Below are positions 48,401 through 64,000 of a stretch of DNA of 64,000 bases, piece by piece. This DNA comes from Eledone cirrhosa (taxonomy: Eukaryota): assembly GCA_964016885.1 (NCBI GenBank), contig OZ024763.1:13826001-13890000 (forward strand), given 5' to 3'. The notes beneath the pieces were generated by a model, which searched no databases, was not told where the DNA came from, and saw only the letters and a program-made list of their open reading frames with translations. The position numbers and the translations under genes are program-made. How positions within the stretch are numbered: position 1 is the first letter of the stretch; every line of letters starts with the position of its first letter.

Positions 48401-49340
48401 GAGAGAGAGGGGGGGATGGATGGAGAGAGAGGAATGGATGGAGAGAGAGAGAGGAATGGATGGAGAGAGAGAGAGAGGGGGATGGATGGAGAGAGAGAGG
48501 AATGGAAGGAGAGAGAGAGATGGATGGATAGAGAGAGGAATGGAAGGAGAGAGAGGGGGATGGATGGAGAGAGAGGGAGTAGGGATGGATGGATAGAGAG
48601 AGGAATGGAAGGAGAGAGAGAGAGAGAGGGATGGAAGGAGAGAGAGAGAGAGGGATGGATGGAGAGAGGGATGTATAGAGAGAGAGAGGGAGGGGGGGGG
48701 AGGGATGGAAGGAGAGAGGGAAGGATGGATAGAGAGAGGGAGGGATGGAGAGAGGGAGGGATGGAAGGAGAGGGAGGGAGGGGGAGAGGGAGGGAGGGAG
48801 GGATGGAGAGAGAGAGAGAGAGATGGAGAGAGAGGGGGATGGAAGGTGAGAGAGAGAGAGGGGGATGGAAGGTGAGAGAGAGAGAGGGATGGAAGGTGAG
48901 AGAGAGAGAGAGGGGGAAAGGGATGGAAGGAGAGAGAGTAGGGATGGATGGATAGAGAGGAATGGATGGAGAGAGAGTAGGGATGGATGGATAGAGAGGA
49001 ATGGATGGAGAGAGAGGAAGAGGGATGGAGAGAGGGAGGGATGGAGAGAGGGAGGGATGGAGAGAGAGGGGGTAGGAGAGAGAGAGGGGGATGGAAGGAG
49101 AGAGAGAGAGAGAGGGATGGAGAGAGAGGGGGTAGGGATGGATGGATAGAGAGAGGAATGGAAGGAGAGAGAGAGAGAGGGGGATGGATGGAGAGGGATG
49201 GAAGGAGAGAGAGAGAGGGATGGATGGAGAGAGAGAGAGAGGGAGAGGGATGGAGAGAGGGATGTATGTAGAGAGAGGGATGGATGGAGAGAGAGGGGGT
49301 AGGGATGGATGTAGAGTGAGAGGGATGGAGAGAGCTGAGA
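44885..49340. repeat. Long compound polypurine tract (duplicate of 8090-11140, expanded)
   Basis: Same unique flanks; ~4.45 kb versus ~3.05 kb. Confidence 0.96.
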
Positions 49341-50082
49341 AATAGGAAAACATGTAAGACTTACTTTAAAGTTTGACAGTACTTTTAGATTTTACAATTA
49401 TAGGAATGACTCGACATGATAACTACACAAGATAGAAAATATACAGAAACTAATATAATTGTTTCTACTTTTGGCACAAGTCCAGCAATTACCCAGCGTA
49501 TTACTGGTAATTTATTTTATCGACCCCGTAATGATGAAAGACAGTTAACCTCGGCCGGATTTGAACTCAGAATGGAAAGGGGCGTAATTCTATGCGTCAA
49601 AGCATGGCGTCCGACGGTGTAGTGTGGTGATATGTGTGGTGATGTGTATGTCGTGGTGTGTGCACATGGTGTATGAGTACACGTGTGGAGTATGTGGTGT
49701 GTAACGAGGGTGTGGTGTAATTGTGTGTATGTGTGAGTGTTTAATGTGCTGTGTTAATGAGTGGACTGGAGTAAAAAGGAGTCACACAATCTTTAAAAGA
49801 CCCTAAATTAACTTGCCCTAATTACTATATATACTCAAATAAAAAAGGGATCGGCTTATAATTGAGAAATAGGACAGAATCCAAACCCCATTTATAAGCC
49901 ATGGTGGCTAATCAACAGACGACAGTTTTGAAATTCTCATGAGTGGAGAATATATTTATGAAGTTTTAATGTCATTTAGAGTATAGTTTTTATTTCACTT
50001 CTTTATGTAATGAGTTACCATTTTCTGATTGATTTCAAGGTCATATTCATTAAAATCATCAAACATAATAGCAAATACAAAT

Positions 50083-53000
50083 TTCACCTCCAAATTGAAA
50101 CTGGTGTAATATATCCACCACCAAAGTGAAACTGGTGTAATATATCCACATCCAAAGTGAAACTGGTGTAATATATCCACCTCCAAAGTGTAAACTGGTG
50201 TAATATTCCAAAGTGTAAACTGGTGTAATATTCCAAAGTGTAAACTGGTGTAATATTCCAAAGTGAAACTGGTGAAATATTCACCTCCAAAGTGAAACTT
50301 GTGTAATATATCCACCACCAAAGTGAAACTGGTGTAATATATTCACCTGCAAAGTGAAACTGGTGTAATATATCCACATCCAAAGTGAAACTGTTGTAAT
50401 ATATTCACCTGCAAAGTGAAACTGGTGTAATATTCTAAAGTGAAACTGGTGTAATATTCACCTCCAAAGTGTAAACTGGTGTAATATTCCAAAGTGAAAC
50501 TGGTGTAATATTCACCTCCAAAGTGTAAACTGGTGTAATATTCCAAAGTAAAACTGGTGTAATATTCCAAAGTGAAACTGGTGTAATATATCCACCACTA
50601 AAGTGAAACTGGTGCACTATTCACCTGCAAAGTGAAACTGGTGTAATATATGCACATCCAAAGTGAAACTGGTGCAATATTCACCTACAAAGTGAAACTG
50701 GTGTAATATTCCAAAGTGAAACTGGTGTAATATTCACCTCCAAAGTGTAAACTGGTGTAATATTCCAAAGTGAAACTGGTGTAATATTCACCTCCAAAGT
50801 GTAAACTGGTGTAATATTCCAAAGTGAAACTGGTGTAATATTCACCTCCAAAGTGTAAACTGGTGTAATATTCCAAAGTGAAACTGGTGTAATATATCCA
50901 CCACCAAAGTGAAACTGGTGTAATATATTCACCTGCAAAGTGAAACAGGTGTAATATATCCACATCCAAAGTGAAACTGGTGTAATATTCCAAAGTGAAA
51001 TTGGTGTAATATTCCAAAGTGAAACTGGTGTAATATTCCAAAGTGAAACTGGTGTAATATTCCAAAGTGAAACTGGTGTAATAATCCAAAATGAAACTGG
51101 TGTAATATATCCACCACCAAAGTGAAACTGGTGTAATATATTCACCTGCAAAGTGAAACAGGTGTAATATATCCACATCCAAAGTGAAACTGGTGCAATA
51201 TTCACCTACAAAGTGAAACTGGTGTAATATTTCAAAGTGAAACTGGTGTAATATTCCAAAGTGAAACTGGTGTAATATTCCAAAGTGAAACTGGTGTAAT
51301 ATTCCAAAGTGAAACTGGTGTAAAATTCACCTCCAAAGTGTAAACTGGTGTAATAATCCAAAGTGAAACTGGTGTAATATATTCACCTGCAAAGTGAAAC
51401 AGGTGTAATATATCCACATCCAAAGTGAAACTGGTGCAATATTCACCTACAAAGTGAAACTGGTGTAATATTCCAAAGTGAAATTGGTGTAATATTCCAA
51501 AGTGAAACTGGTGTAATATTCCAAAGTGAAACTGGTGTAATATTCACCTCCAAAGTGTAAACTGGTGTAATATTCACCTCCAAAGTGTAAACTGGTGTAA
51601 TATTCCAAAGTGAAACTGGTATAATAATCCAAAATGAAACTGGTGTAATATATCCACCACCAAAGTGAAACTGGTGTAATATATTCACCTGCAAAGAGAA
51701 ACAGGTGTAATATATCCACATCCAAAGTGAAACTGGTGTAATATATCGACATCCAAACTGAAACTGGTGTAATATATTCACCTGCAAAGTGAAACTGGTG
51801 TAATATATTCACGTGCAAAGTGAAACTGGTGTAATATATCCACATCCAAAGTGAAACTGGTGTAATATATTCACCTGCAAAGTGAAACTAGTGTAATATA
51901 TCCAAAGTGAAACTGGTGTAATATTCTAAAGTGTAAACTGATGTAATATTCCAAAGTGAAACTGGTGTAATATATCCACCACCAAAGTGAAACTGGTGTA
52001 ATATATCCACCTGCAAAGTGAAACTGGTGTAATATATCCACATCCAAACTGAAACTGGTGTAATATATTCACCTGCAAAGTGAAACTGGTGTAATATATC
52101 CACCTCCAAAGTGAAACTGGTGTAATATTCCAAAGTGAAACTGGTGTAATATTCACCACCAAAGTGTAAACTGGTGTAATATTCCAAAGTGAAACTGGTG
52201 TAATATTCACCTCCAAAGTGTAAACTGGTGTAATATTCCAAAGTGAAACTGGTGTAATATATCCACCACTAAATTGCAACTGGTGCAATATTCACCTGCA
52301 AAGTGAAACTGGTGTAATATATGCACATCCAAAGTGAAACTGGTGCAATATTCACCTACAAAGTGAAACTGGTGTAATATTCCAAAGTGAAACTGGTGTA
52401 ATATTCACCCCCAAAGTGTAAACTGGTGTAATATTCACCTCCAAAGTGTAAACTGGTGTAATATTCCAAAGTGAAACTGGTGTAATATTCACCTCCAAAG
52501 TGTAAACTGGTGTAATATTCCAAAGTGAAACTGGTGTAATATTCACCTCCAAAGTGTAAACTGGTGTAATATTCCAAAGTGAAACTGGTGTAATATTCCA
52601 AAGTGAAACTGGTGAAATATTCACCTCCAAAGTGAAACTGGTTAATATATCCACCACCAAAGTGAAACTGGTGTAATATATCCACCACCAAAGTGAAACA
52701 GGTATAATATATCCACATCCAAAGTGAAACTGGTGTAATATATCCACCTCCAAAGTGAAACTGGTGCAATATTCACCTACAAAGTGAAACTGGTGTAATA
52801 TTCCAAAGTGAAATTGTTGTAATATTCCAAAGTGAAACTGGTGTAATATTCCAAAGTGTAAACTGGTGTAATATTCCAAAGTGAAACTGGTGTAATATTC
52901 ACCTCCAAAGTGTAAACTGGTGTAATATTCCAAAGTGAAACTGGTGTAATATTCACCTCCAAAGTGTAAACTGGTGTAATATTCCAAAGTGAAACTGGTG

Positions 53001-53503
53001 AAATATTCACCTCCAAAGTGAAACTGGTGTAATATTCCAAAATGAAACTGGTGTAATATTCCAAAATGAAACTGGTGTAATATTCCAAAATGAAACTGGT
53101 GTAATATTCCAAAGTGAAACTGGTGTAATATTCTAAAGTGAAACTGGAATAATATTCACCTCCAAAGTGTAAACTGGTGTAATATTCCAAAGTGAAACTG
53201 GTGTAATATTCACCTCCAAAGTGTAAAATGGTGTAATATTCTAAAGTGAAACTGGTGTAATATTCACCTCCAAAGTGTAAACTGGTGTAATATTGCAAAG
53301 TGAAACTGGTGTAATATATCCACCACCAAAGTGAAACTGGTGCAATATTCACCTACAAAGTGAAACTGGTGTAATATTCCAAAGTGAAACTGGTGTAATA
53401 TTCACCCCCAAAGTGTAAACTGGTGTAATATTCACCTCCAAAGTGAAACTGGTGTAATATTCACCTTCAAAGTGAAACTGGTGCAACATTCATCTCCAAA
53501 GAG
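50083..53503. repeat. 21-29 bp satellite (duplicate of 11893-14878, expanded)
   Basis: Same unit and flanks. Confidence 0.97.
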
Positions 53504-54008
53504 AAAATATTATAGCACCTCATTTACATATAATTTTTAAGTTGGTGAAATCAAAATATTGACCTCGAAGACAAGTCCTCCTCCCTATTTTACCATCAAT
53601 ATTTTGTCTCATTTATCGACATATATACAAGTATATACAATATTTACTTTACATAAATTATCAAAAGATTTGCTATTTATGTAAACAGAATTATCCGAAA
53701 CTAAATCTAATAAAATTTCTTTTAATTAAATTTAAGAAAAAAAAAAATAGTTTGAAAGAAAACTAGAGATCACTGCTCCGACCAAGGTGTAGGAGTCACT
53801 GATTTTGACCAAGGTGTAGGGGTCACGACATACAAAATAAACAGTACTCACTGTAAATGTGGTTAGCGTTTGGAAAGGCTTCCAGCTGTTAAAGCGAAGC
53901 CAAGATCAGTTCTGTATGAGCAAGACATGGTCACCTGACCTGGCTTTGCCCACAATAGGACAACTCGTCTAACCCATGCAAGCGTAGAAAAATGGACATT
54001 AAATTGTG

Positions 54009-54046
<38 letters not shown>

Positions 54047-54265
54047 GTGTGTGTGTGTGTGTGTGTGTGAGAGAGTCTCGGGTTCAATCGAGGGGGAAAC
54101 CACAGTAGGTAAAGTACTCAATACATTAGTAGAGTATATACAAAATATAATATAGAAATAGCTTCTACAGGACTAGGAATATTTCATTCGAAGGAAATCA
54201 TTAGGAAAGCCCCGATTTCCTTGAAATGAAAGTTCTAGTCCTGTAGAAGTCATTTCTATATCATT

Positions 54266-54721
54266 CTGTTGACAAAGGGTTTCTCCCTACGAACGAAAAT
54301 CCAGTTATATGATGCCTGTGTGAGATGGGCAGCAACTGCGGAGGATATGCGACGGCTGGAGAGAAATGAATCAAGCATGCTCCGTTGGATGTGCAATGTC
54401 AATGTGTGTGAACGACCAAGTATAGACGAGTTGAAAAAGAAACTGGGAATAAGAGGGATAAGTTGTGGTGTGCAGGAGAGAAGACTGCGATGGTATGGAC
54501 ATGTGATGCGCATGGAGGATGACCGCTGGGTAAAGAAGTGCCAAGAAATCCCAGTAGAAGGAAGATGCAGTAGAGGAAGACCACGAAAATCATGGGCAGG
54601 AGTGGTGAGAGCTGACCTCAGATCGCTGAAACTCACAGATGACGACGAAGGACAGTGACGATGGAGAGATGCTGTGCTGAATAGGACCCGTCCCACCCTT
54701 GCAAGCAGGAAAACTCAGACG
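54266..54721 (+). mobile_element. 5'-truncated RTE-clade LINE (duplicate)
   Basis: Identical translation to 15633..16022. Confidence 0.92.
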
Positions 54722-54728
54722 TATGAAA

Positions 54729-54787
<59 letters not shown>

Positions 54788-55451
54788 AGAATCAAATATA
54801 CTACTTGACCAATATACTAATATGTATAGATAATATAGATATAACAAACCTGTTGGTATAAACATCAACACTGGTAGACTCCTTCAGTACAGGAGAGGGG
54901 CAGATGATACTCCTGGCTTGTGTTTGATCAATAGCATCACTCCTTCCCTCTGACACATAAATTTCTATTTGGTAGTGACCAGTTGTTTCCTCCTACTAAG
55001 AAAGAAATACCACCAGGGGTCAGAAGGTTAATTTATGAGTTTTATTTATTTAGTTTATGTATCATATACAGGGTGTCCCCCAAAAATGTATACACGCTTC
55101 AACAATATTCTTATAAATATGTGTATGCATTTTAGGGGGTAACCCTTTATTTGTGGCTGAATTTTTGTGGTGGTGGTGGAAGGTTATTGTAGCTGAGGGA
55201 AGGAAGGAAGGGAGGGAGAATGTAGATTGTGTGTGTGTTGACTGTGCGTGCGTATGTGTGTAAGTAGAAGAGAGAGAGAACCTGAGATGGGAGAGACACA
55301 TACATGTATGTGTGTCTCCCATCTCACGTTCTCTCTCCCTTCTACTTGCACATGTGTATGTGTGTGTGTACCCCAACTCTTGGAGGAGTCGGGGCGCCAT
55401 AAAGATGTAGAGTGTGCCTTGGGCATTTATAAACCTGGTGGAGCCCATCTC

Positions 55452-55532
<81 letters not shown>

Positions 55533-56554
55533 CACATACGCATGTTTAACCCTTTAGCATTTAAACCGGCCATATCTGGCCAGAATTCTCTCACTTCTTT
55601 CTGTTCAAACCGACCGTAGCTAGCCACACATACTGATGTTAAGGTATTGTTTTCAACGTAAATAATATCATCATCAAAATCTCAGATTCGATGTGAATAA
55701 TTATGTGAGATCAAGTCTTTACTGTGAAAATACAATAGTAGATATAGAGTAATGTGAATGCTAAAGTGTTAAATACACACAAACACACACAAACATATAC
55801 ACAGCCTTAATATAAACCAACAATACTTACCATAGATATACAGTGTTGTTTACCATCTCCGGTCAGTTTAAACTGGAGATGGTAGACAGCCAGACCAATC
55901 TCAGAGATAATATTTACGTTTATGTTGACAGAGGGCAAATGGGTGGGTATTGGTGTGGTCAGCCAGAACAATGACGTCCCCTTCTTCTGTAAGGTTGCCA
56001 GGACGGGACTGGGTCACTACAAAATCAAAACAATATTTGTTATATGAACAGTGTGTGTGAGTAGGGGGGTAATTTTTTGTGTGGGGGTTAATTTAGAGAA
56101 TATAGGGTTAACATCAACAATGTGGAGGTAATATGGCTAACATGAAGAGTGTGGTGTGTGTGTATGTGGGGGGCTAACATGAAGAGTGCGGTGGCGGGGG
56201 GGGGGGGGTAAACATGGCGAGAGTGTGGTGGGGGGCAAACATGGCGAGTGTGTGATGGGGGGCAAACATGGCGAAAGTGTGTGATGGGGGGACAAACATG
56301 GCGTGAGTGTGATGGGGGGACAAACATGGCGAGAGTGTGTGTGTGGGGGGACAAACATGGCGAGAGAGTGTGTGTGTGGGGGGACAAACATGGCGAGAGA
56401 GTGTGTGTGTGGGGGGACAAACATGGCGAGAGTGTGTGTGTGGGGGGACAAACATGGCGAGAGAGTGTGTGTGTGGGGGCTAACATGGAGATAGTGTGGG
56501 GGCTTTTGAACAGGAGGGGATATAGTATGCGTGTAGTTGTAGAAGGGTAACGTG

Positions 56555-56591
<37 letters not shown>

Positions 56592-57135
56592 GGGCACGTG
56601 GCCTAGTGGTAAGGGTCTTGGACTTACAATCATAACATCGTGGGTTCGATTCCTGGGTTCTGTGTTGTGTTCTTGAGCAAAACACTTCATTTCACGTTGC
56701 TCCAGTAAACTCAGCTGAAAATGAGTACCAACAATAGATGGAGGTTTAACCCTGCGATGGACTGGCACCCTGTCCAAGGTGGTGTCTTGTACTCTCAGTC
56801 GCTTCATGCCATAATGCATTGAAAATCTAAGTCGTTTAACTACAGAGGTACAACGTCAAACCATTCTAGCCCATTACTATAAAAAGTTATTTCAAAAATA
56901 AATAGATGATAAATAGAAAAAGAGAAATGGGGAATACATATACATACACAAATATATATATATATATATTTATTTATTAAAATAACAGATTAAAGTTTAA
57001 GCAAAGAATCGCTGCTTTCACCCTTAACGGGATCTGTTATTTTAATAAATATTTGCTCTACGGTTCTTATATATTTGATATATATTCATCCTTATCGAGC
57101 CCTCTTTGGATTTTAGTCTTCAAATTTATTATTAT

Positions 57136-57176
<41 letters not shown>

Positions 57177-60100
57177 AGTGAGTTTTATTATTTATGGAAA
57201 TATAATAATATCCCCCACCCCTATATATATATATATATATAGGGGTGGGGGATATTATTATATTGCCAGAAATAATAAAACTCACTTTTTGGTTTGGGTT
57301 GGATTTCACTTCCATATATTTTATATCTATCCCTATAGTTAATTTAACTAGCAATCAATGTTTTATTGATTGACCAACAGTTTTATATATATATATATAT
57401 ATATATAGTCTCCCAGAGTTCTTTCGTCACACACCTGTGACATCAGTGATACTATTGTTTCTTCCTGTTGTATTGTAATGATGGTACAACAACCAATCAA
57501 AGGCCATAAGAAAGATTAAAGTGGTAGAAAAGCCAGGATCTACTATAAAATCCCTGAATTAGGGAAGCAACTGAAATAGAACCAAGAAAACCGAAGTAGA
57601 ACAGAAAACTTGAATGGAACAACAACAACCATACAAATACACACTAGTGACCAAAGATAGAATACAAACACGAACACAAACCAAACAGAAAACGCGCATA
57701 GAAACACATTCGGAAATCGAGACAAATAAATAAACAATTGAATAAGTAAACATTACAATACAACGGGAGGAAACAATAATATCACTGATGATGTCACAAG
57801 TGTGTGATGAAAGAATTCAGACTATAAATAAATATATATATATATAAACAGTTGGTCAATCAATGATAAACATTGATTGCCAGCTAAATTAACTATAGGG
57901 ATGTAGAATATACGGAAGCCAAAACCAACCCAACCCAAACTGTTTTATTATATATTTCTAGCAATACTATAACAATATGACCCTCCCCAAATATAATTTG
58001 TTTCGACATGCGATTTCATATAAAAAAACGTTGCAAACAAATTAATTCGGATCTAGCTGTCGAAACATCTAGCTTCTGTGTTTTTTTTTCTTTTGTTTTT
58101 CCTTTCCCTTTCCTTTATATTATATTATATTATATTATATATTTGTTTGTGCTTTCGTTCTGTAAATATTGTATTATATTTCTTTTTATAAGAAATATAA
58201 TACAATTTTAAGGGCAGTAGATTGGCAGTATCAGTAGAGAGTCGGACACCATGCTTTGCAGCAAAGAGTCACGGCCCTTTACGCTCTCAGTTCAAATCCC
58301 GCTGAGGTTAACTTTACCTTTCATCCTTACGGGGTCGATAAAATAAAGTACCAGTCATGCACTGGGATAATTGCTGGCCTTGTGCCAAAAGTAGAAACAA
58401 TGATATTTCTTTTTATACAAAATAAAATTTAAATCATCTATAATACTTAGATACAACAATACAATAAAAATATTGCAAATGAGAGGTGTCATTTACCTTT
58501 AATCTCACCTCTTCCCATTAGATCTATATTTTTCTTCTGGAATACTGTATTAACATTTATATTTTCATGTCTATATTATTAAGTATTAAGGTTGTTATAT
58601 AATATTTAGAGTACAGTCTACAGACAAGGGGAAGTAGGGAAGGGATAATTATTTAAAAACTGATCTCTCAACTCCATCTTTATTTAGCTTACCCCAGGGT
58701 TTCCCAACCTGGGCGATTTCATATATACGGACACACATATATTCATTAAATAATAGCCCTTCTTTAATATTTAACTCTGCACCTTAAGCATTGAGCACAC
58801 CTCGCTTCGGCTATTGGCGTCTAGTATACTGTACCACACTTTTTTGTCTCCTCTTTTCTTATGATACATATCTTCTCTTTAATATATATATATATTTATA
58901 TATATATACACACATACATGCATAAACACTTCTATGCAAATACTCATACAGATATATTAAAAGCACATATATACCAGCATAATAACGATTGACAAACCAT
59001 CAGGACACATGCTTGCTCGTGTGAAAACCGAACTTGCTACTCTACGTACACTGACGGAAACAGATATGTACATAAACACACAAATAGAACTGGTATGACT
59101 TATATAGGTACATCAAAGATTTTGTTCCAATATTGAACCATTCGAGGTAGTTAGAACGAAGTAGCAGTGTAGTACTGGGGTCAATTCTTCTATATCTCTT
59201 TCTTAATTCCTTTCTCTCACTCTATATCCGTCTCAGGAAAACATAACCTATCTGGGGTAGAGATCGGATCTGTCACCTTATACAAAATGCCCCGAAGACC
59301 CCGAATGTCAACTCCCTCACAAGTTATAGGTCCCTACATACGTACATAGAAACATCAGAGATATCTTTTATATCTTTCACTCGATAATGCTAGACAAGTA
59401 TTCCGTGAGTCAGAAAGGAATGTTTGCGATATGACGAGAGAACCTCTCTGAATAAATATTACATAGTTCAGATGCTACGTAAAGCAGGCGGCGACAACAT
59501 CGAAGACCAGAGATGCCATGTGGAAATGGACATCGACATAACACACATAGGGTTACCTTATAATCATAGACATTTGGGCTTATGAACACACACACACACA
59601 CACACACATATACATATATACGGGTGCACAGGTGTACGGAGTTCTCATGTCGCCACTAAGGATTCCGCCAGATGTCCCGTCACACATCTCTACACCTTCC
59701 ATTAAATGTTGATTAGTAAATATATAGTAAGTATATATCACATGTAAGAGGGAAAGCCATAGCAAGTGTTGAGGATAAGAGACGTGTGGAATTAATAATA
59801 AAAATATTGTTAAAATTATTAATAGTAGTAGTTGTCACAATAAAGTGGGGAGGACAACATTATTATAAATAGTTATAATTGTTTCTACTTTAGGCACAAG
59901 GCCAGCAATTAACCAGTACATTACTGGTACTTTATTTTATCGACCCCGTCAGGATGAAAGGCGTTGTTTAGAGGGCGGTGGATTGGCAGTATCAGTAGAG
60001 GGTCGGACGCCATGCTTTGACGTATAGAGTTACGGCCCTTGCCATTCTGAGTTCAAATCCCGCCGAGGTTAACTTTGCCTTTCATCCTTACAGGGTCGAT

Positions 60101-62337
60101 AAAAGAAAGTACCAGTAATGTACTGGGTAATTGCTGGCCTTGTGCCAAACGTAGAAACAATTATTATAAATACTTATATACACACAAGCTTAAACAGGTA
60201 TACATACGTACGCTTATCTAGACTCGTACGTACATAAACGTTTATAAATAAAAGCCGAAGCTGATAAAAAGAACATAGCTTACCATATCGAATTTGGAAG
60301 GATGCACATAACGTTGCTTCAACATGGTCCCATCATCATTTGCTGATACGATTATTGCATACGCAACACAAGTTTAAAGGGCTATCTGTTTAGAAACCAT
60401 CAAGCCAGGCCACCATCTAGACACTGAGGTATGACAGTTGAAGGACATCAGGTGGTTATAGCTTCAAATCAAACCTAAAGAGATAAAAATAAAATCATGA
60501 TATATTTTCTGAAAACTACAGAATAGTAAAAGACATGTCGACACCTTTGCGGTATTAATAAGACTGAGAAAGGTATGAACGCCACCACGTCAATTAAGCT
60601 TCGAAAATAGAAAGTAGGTTTATATATCTATTAATTTTCATTTTCTTCCCCAATTCTGTATTTTGAAGTGCTTTCATTATTTTAAATATTTCTATCATGT
60701 CACTCGTTTGATTAATCTCCCCCAAAGTTGTAATTCTATGTGTTTGTCCTTGGTATAGTGAACTAATGTTGATATTTTCAAGTCTTGACATTTATATGGA
60801 ATAGTGTCCTAATATTTAAATAGTCTTTATATTTTTATCCTGCTCCCCTAAGATTTATCTCCTCTAAATTTACAAAAGCTTCACATTTCTTTCACAAGAT
60901 AGATCCTTAAATAATTATAGTGTTTTCTGTTTTCTTCTTCTCTTGGTTGCTTCATGAGCCTCACCGTTTTTGCGGATGTCGGTTGACAATTTTCTCAGTG
61001 GTATCATACATATTCATCTAGAGTTTTAAATTTTTCAGCAATTAGCTAGGGAACAGAATGTTTTATTATTTCTATTATCCGTCTCCCTCTTTTGCTTCAA
61101 CATCGTTAACCATATTTCAATTCATATTCATACATATTCACAATTCTTCTGTGAGGGGTATAAGAAGCTCGTTTTTTGCTCCACATTCGATACCAAATCA
61201 TGCTTCCTTTTTATAACTTCGTTGTACAAATATAATAATTAAAGTATATATATATATATATAAGCAATGTATATATAGATAGCTTCTTATTAACTCTTTC
61301 CCGAAACATTTATTTCTTCAAAATAAGGTAAGACATATCCCGAATAATATTGTAAGGTGTCTCAATAATTATTTCATTTCAATCAATTTTTCATTTCAGT
61401 TTTCTTTAGAAATATCTTGGCGTTGAAGATTTGTCCTTCTCATAGTAATTAGCTTGTCTCAAAATTGTTCGCAGTGTTTCCATGTTTAGTGTCACAAACT
61501 ATCGTTAATTCTAATGTAATAAATGTTACTTTTAAAAGAGTGAAGCTCTCAATTTTTTCTTTCTTTTGTATATTGATATCTAATGAATGACAAATGTATG
61601 TTATGTGATAGGAGAAAACACACACAGCCTTCTTCCCTCGCTATAGAAGGCTAACTGACAATGTCGTTCGTAGGAGTAACAAGTCACCTCTTACTGCCTT
61701 TTATATACCATGTGAAGTGGAAAGATTTGCCAAGTATGGATACACTCTCTCCTTATCAATATTGTCCGAGTCCGAGGACATTTTCTCTCTGGTTAAGGAG
61801 TGAGAAGAAATATTAGGGATCAATCTCTAGCAATAATTTAATTAAATTATATTTAACCAAAGCTGTTATGTCGTGGTTGTTGTTATATTTTATAGTCGTG
61901 GTTTCAATGTTTATCAGGGGTTGTAGAATTAGTTTTATCAAATTATTATCAAACAAAAATGATGTATATATTGTCGTTGTACGTTGAAATCACATATATA
62001 GATTTATATACACACCAAGGATGGAGGGAAGACGGAATTGAAAACCATTATTGCTGAGCACAACATTGCAGGATCAAATATAACACACACACACACATAT
62101 ATATATATATAATCAGGTATGACCATTGATGAATGTCCCTGCAGATCATCAGGTTGTAGGATGAAATCAACCCTAGAGAAATGATAAGGTATATTTTACG
62201 GAAGCTCGCGAAGAATAAAAATGAAAATGAACCATTTTGAATTAATATCATTGGGAAAGCCATGAAGGCCACTACATCAATTTTTCTTTTAAATAGAAAG
62301 TAGGTTTATAAATTTTAATTTTGATAGTAATTTTATA

Positions 62338-62435
62338 GTTGTCTCGGTAGCCTAGTGGTAGGTGTTGGGACAGTGGTGATGCTGGTCTGGGGTTCAATCT
62401 CAGTCAGGAATCTCTCGAGAAATTTAATTTTTTTT
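62338..62435 (+). ncRNA. Two-hairpin Pol III-type element (cluster B', +)
   Basis: Duplicate of 23702-23799. Confidence 0.62.
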
Positions 62436-62455
62436 AATTTTTCATAAAATGAACG

Positions 62456-62546
62456 AAAAATAGAGGTTGCAGGAATCTGACTGAGGTCGAACCCCAGACC
62501 AGCACCTCCATCACCTCTAATACTTACCACTAGTCTACGGAGGCGG
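62456..62546 (-). ncRNA. Two-hairpin Pol III-type element (cluster B', - copy 1)
   Basis: Duplicate of 23820-23910. Confidence 0.62.
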
Positions 62547-62601
62547 TTATAAAAACTAACTGAAAATTAATATTTATAAACCTACTTTTTCAATTTTTTA
62601 T

Positions 62602-62707
62602 AAAAACAAAATTTCTGTACAAGGTTTTCATGTACACCTGACAGAGATCGAACCCCTAATCAATATCACCACTGTCTCTAATGTCTACCACCAGACCACT
62701 GAGACGG
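62602..62707 (-). ncRNA. Two-hairpin Pol III-type element (cluster B', - copy 2)
   Basis: Duplicate of 23966-24071. Confidence 0.6.
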
Positions 62708-64000
62708 TTATGAAATCGCAGTGAAAATTAATATTTATAAAACTACATTTTGTTCGGTTGAAAACTCGATGTAGTGGCGTTCGTGGCTTTTTCGGGACGT
62801 CCTTGAATTCATAAAGTAAATCTAGACTTTATTTCTCATTGCTCTAGGCTTGATTTGAACCTACAACAACTCCGTCTGCAATAATGTCATACCTCATTCT
62901 GGCTTAGTTCGTCGTACCCGTAAATTGTTAAATGTGGTTCCTATATATACATGCAAGTAAGATTTGAACCTACAATGCTGTGCTTAATTTCTATTAATAA
63001 GTGTGTTTTATAAAAGAAAGTAAAGAAACAATTAAATGAAAGTAAAACATTTATTTTATTCAGTCATGGTTTTATTTTTATTTTATGTATTCACTTCATT
63101 AACTGCTGAATAGTTCTCTTGTTTTTGTTTGTTCTTACCATTGTTTACTGTAAATGGTGACTTGACGAGACTGGATTATTACCAAGTTTTACTGGATGAT
63201 GACATTTCCTTATTGTATTATTTTGTTGTCAGTGGACATCTCTCTAAATACCTGGAATAAACATATGGTGTGTCTTTTACGTAACATTTCATTTAATATC
63301 TGATGTTCCAATGGATTACTTTTAAAATAAAACCAATAAACAGCACAGGTAGACTCCATCAAAAGAGACCACAGAGATGAGGTACGAATAATCTAAAATT
63401 AATTTTTAAAAAAAGACAATGTTTAAAGAAAGACAAACATTAAAAAAATATTTCCAACAAACACGTAAAGACAAAGACAATCACATCCACAATTTAATAT
63501 CTGAAGATCAACATTTTTCACGATATAAATAAAACTAAATATGTAAAGTTAAGTGACCTCTCATTTATTTGCTCTAACTTTATTTTACTAATCTGTATTC
63601 TGTAGACATATATTTTCCTTGGTGTACATTACGATTTCGTTGATGAAAGTTTTCACTCGTCTTTAGATCTTTATTTCTTATAAAAGTTATAATACTCACC
63701 TCCTCTCATTAGATCTCTATTTTACTTCTGGAATACTGTATTAACATTTATATTTTCATCTCGATATTATTAAGTATTAAGGTTGCCATGTATTACAATA
63801 CAGTATATAAACAAGGGAATATGAGGAGGGGTAATCATTTAAAAACAGCTAACCGCACACTCTGTGTATTTAGATTACACCAGGGTGTCCCATGGGCGAT
63901 TTCATATATACATACACACATATATATACAAGTTATTGATTACAGAGTCGGGCTAGATCGATACAAAACGAACCTTAAGTTGATGAATAGCGAAACGCGC

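Larger units (their letters stand above)
37609..64000. repeat. Tandem segmental duplication, unit 2 (partial, equivalent to 1-25364)
   Basis: Colinear match to unit 1 in order and sequence. Confidence 0.97.

Overview
AT-rich, repeat-dense eukaryotic DNA. The SINE, RTE and CR1 families suggest a coleoid cephalopod, probably an octopus (inference, not a database result). The window is about 1.7 units of a ~37.6-38.6 kb tandem segmental duplication (1-25364 recurs at 37609-64000). Nearly all ORFs in the supplied track are microsatellite or satellite artefacts, and I found no complete protein gene. Each large unit holds an older array of diverged modules: a TATA-bearing element, a convergent pair of short RNA polymerase III-type genes, an unknown ORF relic and a CR1 relic. 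Main finding: 16 copies of a ~90-105 nt non-tRNA element with an upstream TATA, A and B boxes, an oligo-T terminator and a two-hairpin fold supported by compensatory substitutions. They sit in tail-to-tail pairs and are a candidate undescribed Pol III ncRNA family. Also present: a copy-specific 662-bp insertion with a 12-bp target-site duplication carrying an intact minimal hammerhead ribozyme; several degenerate hammerhead relics; a ~13.5 kb foreign block with three phase-compatible minus-strand exons of an unidentified, probably pseudogenised gene; a 21-29 bp satellite; long polypurine tracts; SINEs, LINE fragments and MITEs.
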